NCBI GenBank assembly: GCA_964621085.1
Contig: CAZUKY010000006.1
Location: 1-52,542 of the forward strand
From: an uncultured Gammaproteobacteria bacterium
Lineage (GTDB): Bacteria; Patescibacteriota; Patescibacteriia; JACQRZ01
Length of the DNA stretch: 52,542 nucleotides
Direction: 5' to 3'
The translations under genes and the position numbers were made by a program. The notes beneath the pieces are model-generated. The model was given only the letters and a program-made list of their open reading frames with translations. It was not told where the DNA came from and did no database searches. Each line of letters begins with the position of its first letter. The stretch's first letter is position 1. This document shows, in pieces, positions 29,428-36,759 of this stretch.

Positions 29428-29456
29428 ATGGTAGTGTACGATCGTACACCTGTCAA
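29428..29456 (-). promoter_or_regulatory. lexA promoter with a candidate SOS box filling the -35/-10 spacer
   Basis: Minus strand reads TTGACA-GGTGTACGATCGTACAC-TACCAT. The 16-bp perfect palindrome GTGTACGATCGTACAC (29434-29449) occupies the 17-nt spacer. GGAGGA Shine-Dalgarno precedes the ATG at 29392. Confidence 0.65.
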
Positions 29457-29645
29457 TGTGGATAAGTTTTATGAGAGATAGAAAGACTTTTCAATGATTT
29501 TAAAACAGAAAAAGAATGGTACTCGTCTTTTTTACCAGTATAAAAATGCTGCAGCAGCAATTTGCATTGCAGGTGGCGCTACGATACGCTGAAAACGGAA
29601 TTAAGGTCGGTGTATAATTAATTAGCAATGATCACTGGAGATTGT

Positions 29646-30503
29646 ATGCACACGACACGTCATATCAATTCAATCATCAAATTAAACAATGGCATTGAAA
29701 TGCCTGTTGTGGGATTGGGCGTCTATAAAATGCAGGAAGGAGAAGAGGTGGAGAATGCGATACTCGATGCCCTTGAAGCGGGATATCGGATGATAGATAC
29801 GGCCGCGGTATACGGAAACGAGGAAGGAGTCGGTAGAGCGATAAAAAAATCTGGTCTTCCTCGCGAGGAAGTATTCGTGACGACAAAACTCAAACGTATT
29901 GAGTCGGGGTACGAGAGTGCGCTTGCGGCAATCGATGCGTCGCTTGAAAAGCTTGGTCTTTCCTATGTTGATCTTTATTTAATCCATTGGCCAAGCGCGA
30001 GTGAAGATCATGCAGAGACGATCAATAGGAGAGAGGAGACGTGGCTTGCAATGGAGAAAATTTATCGACTGGGAAAGGCGAGAGCGATCGGTGTTTCTAA
30101 TTACCTCGTACGGCATCTTGAAGAAATGAAAAGATATGTCCATATAATGCCCGCAGTGAATCAGGTCGAATTTCATCCCTTCCTCTATCAAAGAGAATTG
30201 CTGGATTATTGCAACCAGAATGGAATACGGTTGCAGGCATATAGCCCCCTGGTCAAAGGAAAGAAAATGAATCATGAAGTTCTCACTGGCATTGCCGAAA
30301 GGTACGGCAAAAGCGTTGCACAGATCCTTATTCGGTGGAGTATACAGAAAAGCTGTGTTGCCATCCCCAAGTCAATCCATAAAGATAGAATCAAAGAGAA
30401 TATCTCGGTTTTTGATTTTGAAATAAGTGATGATAATATGAATCTCATTGACAGCCTTAATGCAGATGAGCATTTTGCGTGGGACCCAACGCCGATATTA
30501 TGA
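29646..30503 (+). CDS. Aldo/keto reductase (2,5-diketo-D-gluconate reductase-like)
   Basis: LNNGIEMPVVGLGVYK, IDTAAVYGNEE, and HWP motifs. The ATG at 29646 has a GGAG upstream. TGTATAAT extended -10 at 29611-29618. Confidence 0.88.
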   Translation: MHTTRHINSIIKLNNGIEMPVVGLGVYKMQEGEEVENAILDALEAGYRMIDTAAVYGNEEGVGRAIKKSGLPREEVFVTTKLKRIESGYESALAAIDASLEKLGLSYVDLYLIHWPSASEDHAETINRREETWLAMEKIYRLGKARAIGVSNYLVRHLEEMKRYVHIMPAVNQVEFHPFLYQRELLDYCNQNGIRLQAYSPLVKGKKMNHEVLTGIAERYGKSVAQILIRWSIQKSCVAIPKSIHKDRIKENISVFDFEISDDNMNLIDSLNADEHFAWDPTPIL

Positions 30504-30639
30504 TATCTGTAGTTATCGGACATAGTACATCTCTTGCAATTTTTACATCTTTGAGATACTCTATCCTCGCTGTAAAAAGAGTCGGTACGAATGCCGACCA
30601 CTTGATTCTTCAAGTTCGATGCAGCAAGGAGGTTCACTC

Positions 30640-31140
30640 GTGAAGCGCAGGACAAAGACTCTGATGGAGGTTAAGTTTGTCCCAGAGGATTGGATGGGGC
30701 CCCAGTTGAAGGTTCGGACTTCGAGCAAGCCATCGTTCCTTCTTCGCGGCTATTTATACGCTACCTCATACGGAAGATACGGGGAAATCCAAGCTGCTCT
30801 GATGGGTTCGCTCAAAGGACTTGACCTGAACTCTGGCAGAGAAGATAGGTACTTTACTAAAGCCGAGAGGGCGTTCCTCGAAAAATGCAGCAACGCTCTC
30901 GGTCGCACGCAGCTATCTTACAAGGGGACTCGCATAGTACTTGCATTCCGCCTCGAAAACGGCGAATCATTCTGCGAAACGGCCATTGAGTTGATCCTTG
31001 CCTTCGAAAGACTCCTTGGTATTGAGCCTCGGTTCAAAATCACGGAACTAAGCCAGGAAACGGAGGTTTATCTGGATAGATCCTGGATACCGTACGCTCA
31101 ATACTTGGAGCAGAAGTTCGTGAAGTTGCTGGCTACCTAG
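30640..31140 (+). CDS. Hypothetical protein (no recognisable family)
   Basis: GTG at 30640 lies 6 nt after AAGGAGG, in frame with track ORF 30619..31140. 166 aa, soluble. Confidence 0.6.
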   Translation: MKRRTKTLMEVKFVPEDWMGPQLKVRTSSKPSFLLRGYLYATSYGRYGEIQAALMGSLKGLDLNSGREDRYFTKAERAFLEKCSNALGRTQLSYKGTRIVLAFRLENGESFCETAIELILAFERLLGIEPRFKITELSQETEVYLDRSWIPYAQYLEQKFVKLLAT

Positions 31141-31253
31141 ACTGAAGTCGGGAAGTCATCACAAAGATCGCGGATTTCTTCTGCCACGACAACCCCGGAA
31201 TCCGGCGTTTCGAATGGGCGGATCGGCCGAACGGCTGGTCTGCCCTGGATCTT

Positions 31254-31296
31254 TATTAAAAAAAGGAGCCCGCCCCGGAGGATTCGGAGCGGGCGC
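31254..31296 (-). terminator. Intrinsic terminator for the 31304..32464 gene
   Basis: GCCCGC..CCG / CGG..GCGGGC interrupted stem. The preceding A-run on the plus strand becomes a T-run after the hairpin on the minus strand. Confidence 0.7.
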
Positions 31297-31303
31297 TTGG
31301 GAG

Positions 31304-32464
31304 CTAGTGCTTTTTGACCGTGACGACCTCTTCGAGTCCGTTGGGTCCGAAGACGGTCGCCGTGACCGTAAGAGGGTTCTCAGGCGACGTCCAGCGCTCG
31401 AGGTGGCGGCGGACCCTGCCGGCCACGTCCTTCCCGAGTTCGATGGAGCATTTATCGTCGAGTTGAACAAGCATCTCGACTTTCCAAAGACTTGAGTCTT
31501 TTTCGTCCTCTTTTTCGTCCTGCAGTAAGACATCGTACTCGATCGTGCCGAGAACGTACTCGGTCTTGCCGATCTCCCTTGAATCCCGTGACGAAAACTT
31601 CTTGTAGTCTTGCATGTCGGTAGTGAGGTCCGAAATGGAGTCATCGAGAAGAGCCACTCGATTCGCCAACGCACTGACAAGAGAATGTGCGGATGGTGAT
31701 TGCTCGCCCGGCGAAAAGTCTCCGAGTATCTGTCTGGATGCCATGAGCGTTCGCAGTCGAGCAAGCCAGGCCCTGTCCTCGGCCATCGAGCGGGCAAACA
31801 TTGCGCGAACCTCGTCAAACATTGCCTGCCCCATCCAGAACAGATTGCCTTCGATATCAGTCGAATGCCGTATCTTATCCTTTAACGCTTTCAGGCATTC
31901 CTCGACGGCTTCCGGTGACATCTTGTCATACTTTCTGTGGAGCATGAGGTTGCAAAGCCTGAAGTTGAGGATATTCCTGGCTTTGCGTGCCTCATCTCCG
32001 CGAAAGTAAAGACCACTGCCTGTATAATTATATCTATTCCAATCCTCAAGCGTATGCATGAACAGGCGCTTGAACGTCCCCTGGAAGAGCCACTGCTTCT
32101 GCAACTTCTTTTCTTTTGGGTAAGAACGGCTGTTCTCATCGGTGACCATGATCTCGTGATGACCCGGCAGGACCCAGCAGAGCCATCGAAGATACCCGTA
32201 GAAAGGGTTCTCGCGGTTCTCGGCGGACTTGGGGCAAAGCCCCTTCTCGAGCATGTCCAGGTAGACGTTCAACTCGGCCTCGTCAAGCGCGACGATGGCG
32301 GGCATGCAGAGATTGTTGTGAAAGTACGTGATAACCTCGGTTTCAGAGAGTCCCAAGAGGTCCCGCTCGAACATGCGCCGTGTCGCCTGATCAAGGCGAA
32401 TGCCGCTATGCCGATCGTAAAGCGCACCAAGGAACGGGATCTCGACGAGAGCTTTACCGGTCAT
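31304..32464 (-). CDS. Hypothetical protein, 386 aa (no recognisable family)
   Basis: Long ORF with protein-like composition. The internal ATG at 32464 (MTGKALVEIP) has a better-spaced GGGAGA than the ATG at 32503. Confidence 0.7.
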   Translation of the reverse strand: MTGKALVEIPFLGALYDRHSGIRLDQATRRMFERDLLGLSETEVITYFHNNLCMPAIVALDEAELNVYLDMLEKGLCPKSAENRENPFYGYLRWLCWVLPGHHEIMVTDENSRSYPKEKKLQKQWLFQGTFKRLFMHTLEDWNRYNYTGSGLYFRGDEARKARNILNFRLCNLMLHRKYDKMSPEAVEECLKALKDKIRHSTDIEGNLFWMGQAMFDEVRAMFARSMAEDRAWLARLRTLMASRQILGDFSPGEQSPSAHSLVSALANRVALLDDSISDLTTDMQDYKKFSSRDSREIGKTEYVLGTIEYDVLLQDEKEDEKDSSLWKVEMLVQLDDKCSIELGKDVAGRVRRHLERWTSPENPLTVTATVFGPNGLEEVVTVKKH

Positions 32465-32661
32465 TATGACGTTTCTCCCGCGGTCGTAACCGCACACGCC
32501 CATACCCCCTCGTAAGGGACATATCGCCGTCGCGGTGCGACCACTCCTTCGTAAAGAAGCGCGATATGGGGCAGCACCATGACGTGTCGATCCTAGGCAA
32601 AATTAACTTTGCTGTCAACAGTTTGCAGTCAGCGCCGTTTTTTTGTAAGGTTGAGAGAGCT

Positions 32662-33261
32662 ATGACAATCCATAATCTCATCGCGTTCATGCAGCTTCTC
32701 CTTGCAGTGCAGCAGGTGAGGCGCCGCTCGTTTGCCAATGGCGAGGATCGGAAGGAAAACGATTCCGAGCACCAGTACCAGCTTGCCATGACGGCATGGT
32801 ACGTAATTCAGGCCGAAGGGCTTGATCTGGATATCAGTCGCGCGATCCAGTATGGGCTTGTCCATGATATGGTTGAGGTGTATGCGGGCGATTTCTGGGT
32901 GTATGGCAGTCGCCTTGGCAAAGAGGAGCGCGAGCGCGAAGCGGGCGAGCGGCTCAAAAAAGAATTCCCCGACTTTCCCGCTCTCCATGACCTGATTGAG
33001 AAATACGAACAGCGCTCCGACCGCGAGAGCGTTTTTGTTTATGCCCTCGATAAATTGATCCCGATCGTGAACATTTACCTGGATGGGGGCAGATCATGGA
33101 AGGAGTGCGGCGTCACCCGCGACATGCTCATCGAAAACAAGACGGAAAAAATCGCTTGCTCGCCGGAAGTGACGCGATACTTCAAAGAAATTATCGCCAT
33201 CCTAAAAAAAGAAGAGCCGGAACTCTTTGCGGTGCAGCAAAAGGAAGAGATTCAGCTGTAG
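32662..33261 (+). CDS. HD-domain phosphohydrolase (YfbR-like 5'-nucleotidase type)
   Basis: ATG at 32662. ENDSEHQYQL (His) ... LVHDMVEVYAGD (HD) ... YALDKL pattern typical of HD_3-type proteins. Confidence 0.8.
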   Translation: MTIHNLIAFMQLLLAVQQVRRRSFANGEDRKENDSEHQYQLAMTAWYVIQAEGLDLDISRAIQYGLVHDMVEVYAGDFWVYGSRLGKEEREREAGERLKKEFPDFPALHDLIEKYEQRSDRESVFVYALDKLIPIVNIYLDGGRSWKECGVTRDMLIENKTEKIACSPEVTRYFKEIIAILKKEEPELFAVQQKEEIQL

Positions 33262-33279
33262 AAAATAGGAATCAGAGAA

Positions 33280-33720
33280 ATGAAAACAAAAAACATCTAT
33301 CGCTATCCGATCTCCCTCGAAAAAGTCACTGGTATCCAAAACGATTCAATAGCGCATACCGGCGATCTTGTTCATAGTATCGATTTCGATGCGCCGGAAG
33401 GCACAGACGTTTTTGCTGCGCTCGATGGTACGGTTGTGGAAGTAAAGGATGATTCGAATGTCGGGGGCGATGATCCGTCATTTGAGCAATATGGCAACTA
33501 CATCGCTATTCTGCATAAAAACGGGGAAGTATCGGAATACGAACACTTGCTTTACCGTTCCGCGCACGTGAAGGTCGGGGATTGCGTTGTTGCGGGACAG
33601 AAAATCGCCAACGTTGGAAATACCGGATACAGCGAGTGCCCCCATTTGCATTTCATGGTGTATCCGGAAGACAAGAAATATACTTCACTCTGGAGATACG
33701 ATTTGATCATTCGGAAATAG
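33280..33720 (+). CDS. Peptidase M23 family protein, no signal peptide
   Basis: VHSIDFDAPEGTDVFAALDGTVV, NYIAILHKNG..EYEHL, and VGNTGYSECPHLHF (HxH). Confidence 0.8.
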   Translation: MKTKNIYRYPISLEKVTGIQNDSIAHTGDLVHSIDFDAPEGTDVFAALDGTVVEVKDDSNVGGDDPSFEQYGNYIAILHKNGEVSEYEHLLYRSAHVKVGDCVVAGQKIANVGNTGYSECPHLHFMVYPEDKKYTSLWRYDLIIRK

Positions 33721-34336
33721 ATAGGCTTGCGCACGTCATCTGGGACTACATGCTCATGCATCACGAGCTCAAACCCATGGATGCAATCTTTGCGCTGGGT
33801 TCCAATGATACATCGGTCGCTGAACGTGCGGCGGAACTTTATCTTCAAGGATACGGCAAACATCTCATCTTTGCCGGAGGCAATGGCAAGGCATCGGATC
33901 TCCCAAAGCCAGAGGCTGAAGTGTTTGCAGACATAGCCATCGCAAAAGGAGTTCTGCAGGATACAATCATCATCGAAAACAAGTCTTCAAACACAGGCGA
34001 GAATGTCCAATTCGTCAAAAAGCTGCTTCAAGACAAGGGTCTTGGTCTCAAATCCTTCCTCCTTGTGCAAAAGCCCTACATGGAGCGCCGCACGTACGCG
34101 ACCTTCCGTAATGGCCCGATGCAGAATGCATTGTCACGTCACCGCAGATATCCTGTGAGGAATACGGCAGGGAGGAGGATTTTAAGAAGCGATACATAAA
34201 CGTAATGGTTGGCGATCTGCTGCGCATTCGCGAGTACCCAAAGCTTGGTTTTTAAATCGAACAGGAGATTCCTGAAGACGCATAGAACGCAGGGCAGCGA
34301 CTGCTTGAGCTCGGTTTTAACAAATATAAGTTATGA
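33717..34336 (+). pseudogene. Decayed DUF218/YdcF-like gene (frameshift plus two in-frame stops)
   Basis: DAIFALGSNDTSVAERAAELYLQGYGKHLIFAGGNG...ENKSSNTGENV...LLVQKPYMERR matches YdcF. The homologous reading shifts from frame 0 to frame 2 near 34108-34112 (WPDAECIVTSPQ...). It then hits TAA at 34253 and TAG at 34283. The likely start codon position reads ATA (33717). Confidence 0.75.
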
Positions 34337-34406
34337 ATCCTCTCTTAGCGCCATTGACAATCCCGGTTATAGATGATAGTATCGGCATCTATAGGAGGAA
34401 TTAGCG

Positions 34407-34637
34407 ATGACGACAAAGTGGCCGCCACTCGATCCGGGGACGCGAGTAGTCACAACGCAGGCGAACGAAAGTCTGCGCAAGGAGTGGACTGCCTTGGCGT
34501 GGGCAAGCAAGAAGTGGGGGACTCACGGAACTATCCTCATGCATCGCGACTCGCACCGTCTGAGCTACGACGTGCAACACGACGACGGCACGGAAGGTGC
34601 CTACGACCCATCGGAATTCGAGGTTGTGCAAGAGTAA
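34407..34637 (+). CDS. Small hypothetical protein (76 aa)
   Basis: AGGAGG lies 7 nt upstream of the ATG. A terminator follows. Balanced composition. Confidence 0.7.
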   Translation: MTTKWPPLDPGTRVVTTQANESLRKEWTALAWASKKWGTHGTILMHRDSHRLSYDVQHDDGTEGAYDPSEFEVVQE

Positions 34638-34648
34638 TGCAGTCACAG

Positions 34649-34686
34649 AAAGCCGCTCGGCTCTGGTCGGGCGGCTTTATATTTTA
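34649..34686 (+). terminator. Intrinsic terminator
   Basis: AAAGCCGCTCGG...TCGGGCGGCTTT stem followed by ATATTTT. Confidence 0.65.
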
Positions 34687-34786
34687 CTCAACTTTGACCT
34701 GAGCAATTAAAGTTGCCCTCTTTCTTCAAGTGCAAATTATTATCGTAGTATATCGTCAAATATATCGATCGTCGCAGCGATACGAC

Positions 34787-35137
34787 CTATAACGAGTTTT
34801 GAAGCGCAGAAAGGAGGAAAAATCCGCCGAGAGCGGATGTGAGATTGGCCGTGGCAACGATCAGAAAGACTCGCCGTCGGTCAAATGGCAAGACTGATGA
34901 GAGGAGGAGCCACTCCCCGAAAATGACCATGATCTCGCCGGCAAAAAGGAAAAAAAGCGATCGCCCCCCACTAGCGTAGGCGAGCAGGAGAAATATGTGG
35001 AGAAGCGGATGAGAGATAAGGCTTGCGAGTGCGACAAAGGCAAGATGCCATTTTTTTCGCACGCCGAACGCGAAGGCAACCGCGCACTCGATGACAAGCG
35101 TTCCGCCAAGTGTAGAAACGTAGGAGAGGAGCGTCAT
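34787..35137 (-). CDS. Hypothetical 4-TM membrane protein
   Basis: Hydrophobic helices throughout. The ATG at 35137 lies 5 nt after the stop of the upstream gene. The upstream start at 35170 is an alternative. Confidence 0.6.
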   Translation of the reverse strand: MTLLSYVSTLGGTLVIECAVAFAFGVRKKWHLAFVALASLISHPLLHIFLLLAYASGGRSLFFLFAGEIMVIFGEWLLLSSVLPFDRRRVFLIVATANLTSALGGFFLLSALQNSL

Positions 35138-35142
35138 GAGGA

Positions 35143-35520
35143 TTAGGATTGCGGGCGGCGTTTTACCCAAAAGAACAGACCAGCGCTGAGTCCGGCAAGT
35201 GCAGCAAGCGACGCAAGTATTCCGGTGAGGTCTTCTTTTTCTTCGGGAGGCAACACATCTTCTTTTTCTTTCTGAGGCGCAAAGGCTTCTTTGCAGAATT
35301 CGTAGTCGGTCTCAACGCCGCGTTGGTCTCTATTGCTGATGAAGTATTCGGGATTGTTCAGATACTCTTCGCACCCCTCGCCATACGAGGATGTGCAAGA
35401 AATTTTTTCTTGACCTTCCGGACAGCCGGGCCATACGGTCGGGAAATCGGCAATATCAGCAAATGAGGGGAAGGGAAGGAGAAGACATGCGCCAATAAGA
35501 AGCGTTTTGAAAATTTTCAT
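35143..35520 (-). CDS. Secreted Cys-rich acidic protein with a C-terminal TM anchor and basic tail
   Basis: ATG at 35520 (MKIFKTLLIGACLLLPFPSFA signal). Four ectodomain Cys residues. C-terminus EDLTGILASLAALAGLSAGLFFWVKRRPQS. Confidence 0.65.
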   Translation of the reverse strand: MKIFKTLLIGACLLLPFPSFADIADFPTVWPGCPEGQEKISCTSSYGEGCEEYLNNPEYFISNRDQRGVETDYEFCKEAFAPQKEKEDVLPPEEKEDLTGILASLAALAGLSAGLFFWVKRRPQS

Positions 35521-35619
35521 ACGAAAAGAAGATACAATCTTAGTATAACTCAAAAGATGAGAAAATATAATAACAATAAACGGCCGCGCTCCGTAAGGGA
35601 GGCGGCCGTGTCCGCTCTG

Positions 35620-36414
35620 CTATTGGGCCATCTTTTTCGGTATGGGGAGGATGGAGGCGCTGCCGCCAAGATCGTCTTCGATCTGACGAACATCGTGGAT
35701 TGTGGCAACGATTTTATCGGAGGTCTCCTGGAGGCTGCGCTGCGTCTCGGCGGCATCTCGTCCCGACAGGCGCGCGGCGTAGATATCCGAGCGGAATTCG
35801 AGGAGGAAGGCGAGGATGTCGGCGATCGTCGCATCCACCTTTCCGATCTCGCGGATGATCCGCTCGTGATCCCGATGCGTCTTCTCGCGAAGTCGCCGCG
35901 CGAAATCGTCGGATTCCGGCGCCATGCGCGTACGGAGGATCGATGCTACGTCGGAGTACGCGCGCCGCAGGAATTTCCGTTGTTCGAGGAGGCGGACGAG
36001 CTCCGTGTTGACAATGCCGTTAATCATAGAGCGATGCATCGCGAAAGGTGCTTCACTCGGGATGGCGGCGATCAGTTTCCGCGCGCGTTTGCGTGCGGTG
36101 TGCAGGATGGCGTTTTCGCTGCGCTGGATCCGGTCGAAGAGAAAGCCTACGGCTCGACGGAGCGCGGTAACTCTCGATACCCACGACCTCCGCGCGGCGC
36201 TGAAAAATCTGATCGTCGGCCGTAGAGCTACGTAAGACCCACCGCATTTTATCTTGAACAGTAAAGCATCGTAAAGGGTACAAGCCGCCGCGATCGGGCC
36301 GACGACAAGATAGAGCGCGATCTCACTTTTGTCGAGTGTCCTTCCTTCATTTTCAGCGATAATCGCCCACATCCCCGCGGCAAGCCAGAGTACTGCAATG
36401 ATTAGCCAAATCAT
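35620..36414 (-). CDS. Hypothetical membrane protein (2 N-terminal TM helices plus a helical cytoplasmic domain)
   Basis: MIWLIIAVLWLAAGMWAIIA and IALYLVVGPIAAACTLYDALLF helices. Longer and more protein-like than the antisense ORF 35557..36225. Confidence 0.65.
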   Translation of the reverse strand: MIWLIIAVLWLAAGMWAIIAENEGRTLDKSEIALYLVVGPIAAACTLYDALLFKIKCGGSYVALRPTIRFFSAARRSWVSRVTALRRAVGFLFDRIQRSENAILHTARKRARKLIAAIPSEAPFAMHRSMINGIVNTELVRLLEQRKFLRRAYSDVASILRTRMAPESDDFARRLREKTHRDHERIIREIGKVDATIADILAFLLEFRSDIYAARLSGRDAAETQRSLQETSDKIVATIHDVRQIEDDLGGSASILPIPKKMAQ

Positions 36415-36506
36415 ATTACCTCCCTCGGGACTCGCTGTCCGAACAGGGGATATTGTGCAGCCTTTTTATCTCACTGTCAATGGTATGTACTCGCGTCGTA
36501 CTCCTC

Positions 36507-36535
36507 TTGACACTATGTGCGGATGAGTATAGAAT
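36507..36535 (+). promoter_or_regulatory. Sigma-70-type promoter of the ABC-exporter leader
   Basis: TTGACA (36507-36512), 17-nt spacer, TAGAAT (36530-36535). Confidence 0.55.
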
Positions 36536-36570
36536 GGAGGTCACTCATCTGAAAAAAAATTTTGGTGACT

Positions 36571-36681
36571 ATGAAAAACATGCGCAAAATTTTTGGTTTC
36601 CTTATTCTCGGCCGGAAGATGGCCGGCGGTGTTGTTCGTGTTCCCGCAACGGGAAGATTGCGCAGTGTTTTGAGTATTTGA
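36571..36681 (+). CDS. Candidate 36-aa leader peptide ORF
   Basis: MKNMRKIFGFLILGRKMAGGVVRVPATGRLRSVLSI. Lies between the predicted promoter and the leader terminator. Only a weak GGTGA Shine-Dalgarno. Confidence 0.3.
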   Translation: MKNMRKIFGFLILGRKMAGGVVRVPATGRLRSVLSI

Positions 36682-36711
36682 ATGAAAGAGTAATCCTTCG
36701 AATCCTTTAAG

Positions 36712-36735
36712 CGCCGCGGCAATCGCGGCGTTTTT
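36712..36735 (+). terminator. Intrinsic terminator / attenuator 25 nt upstream of the ABC gene start
   Basis: CGCCGCG-gcaat-CGCGGCG followed by TTTTT. Confidence 0.6.
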
Positions 36736-36759
36736 CGTTCTTCGAGAGTAGGAGGGAAC

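Noticed and set aside
34253-34285. In-frame TAA and TAG in the ydcF-like gene as evidence for an alternative genetic code
   Set aside because: TAA and TAG terminate many well-supported genes in this window, and the same gene also carries a frameshift. Pseudogenisation is the simpler explanation.
35557-36225. 222-aa plus-strand ORF antisense to 35620..36414
   Set aside because: The minus-strand product is longer, starts with two clear TM helices and has balanced composition. The plus-strand frame is R/G/D-rich without features.
36453-36710. 85-aa Cys-rich ORF upstream of the ABC exporter as a RiPP/bacteriocin precursor
   Set aside because: Its plausible ATG (36534) lies within the predicted -10 box, so it would not be on the transcript. 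No modification enzyme or C39 peptidase domain is nearby. It is kept only as an alternative within the leader finding.
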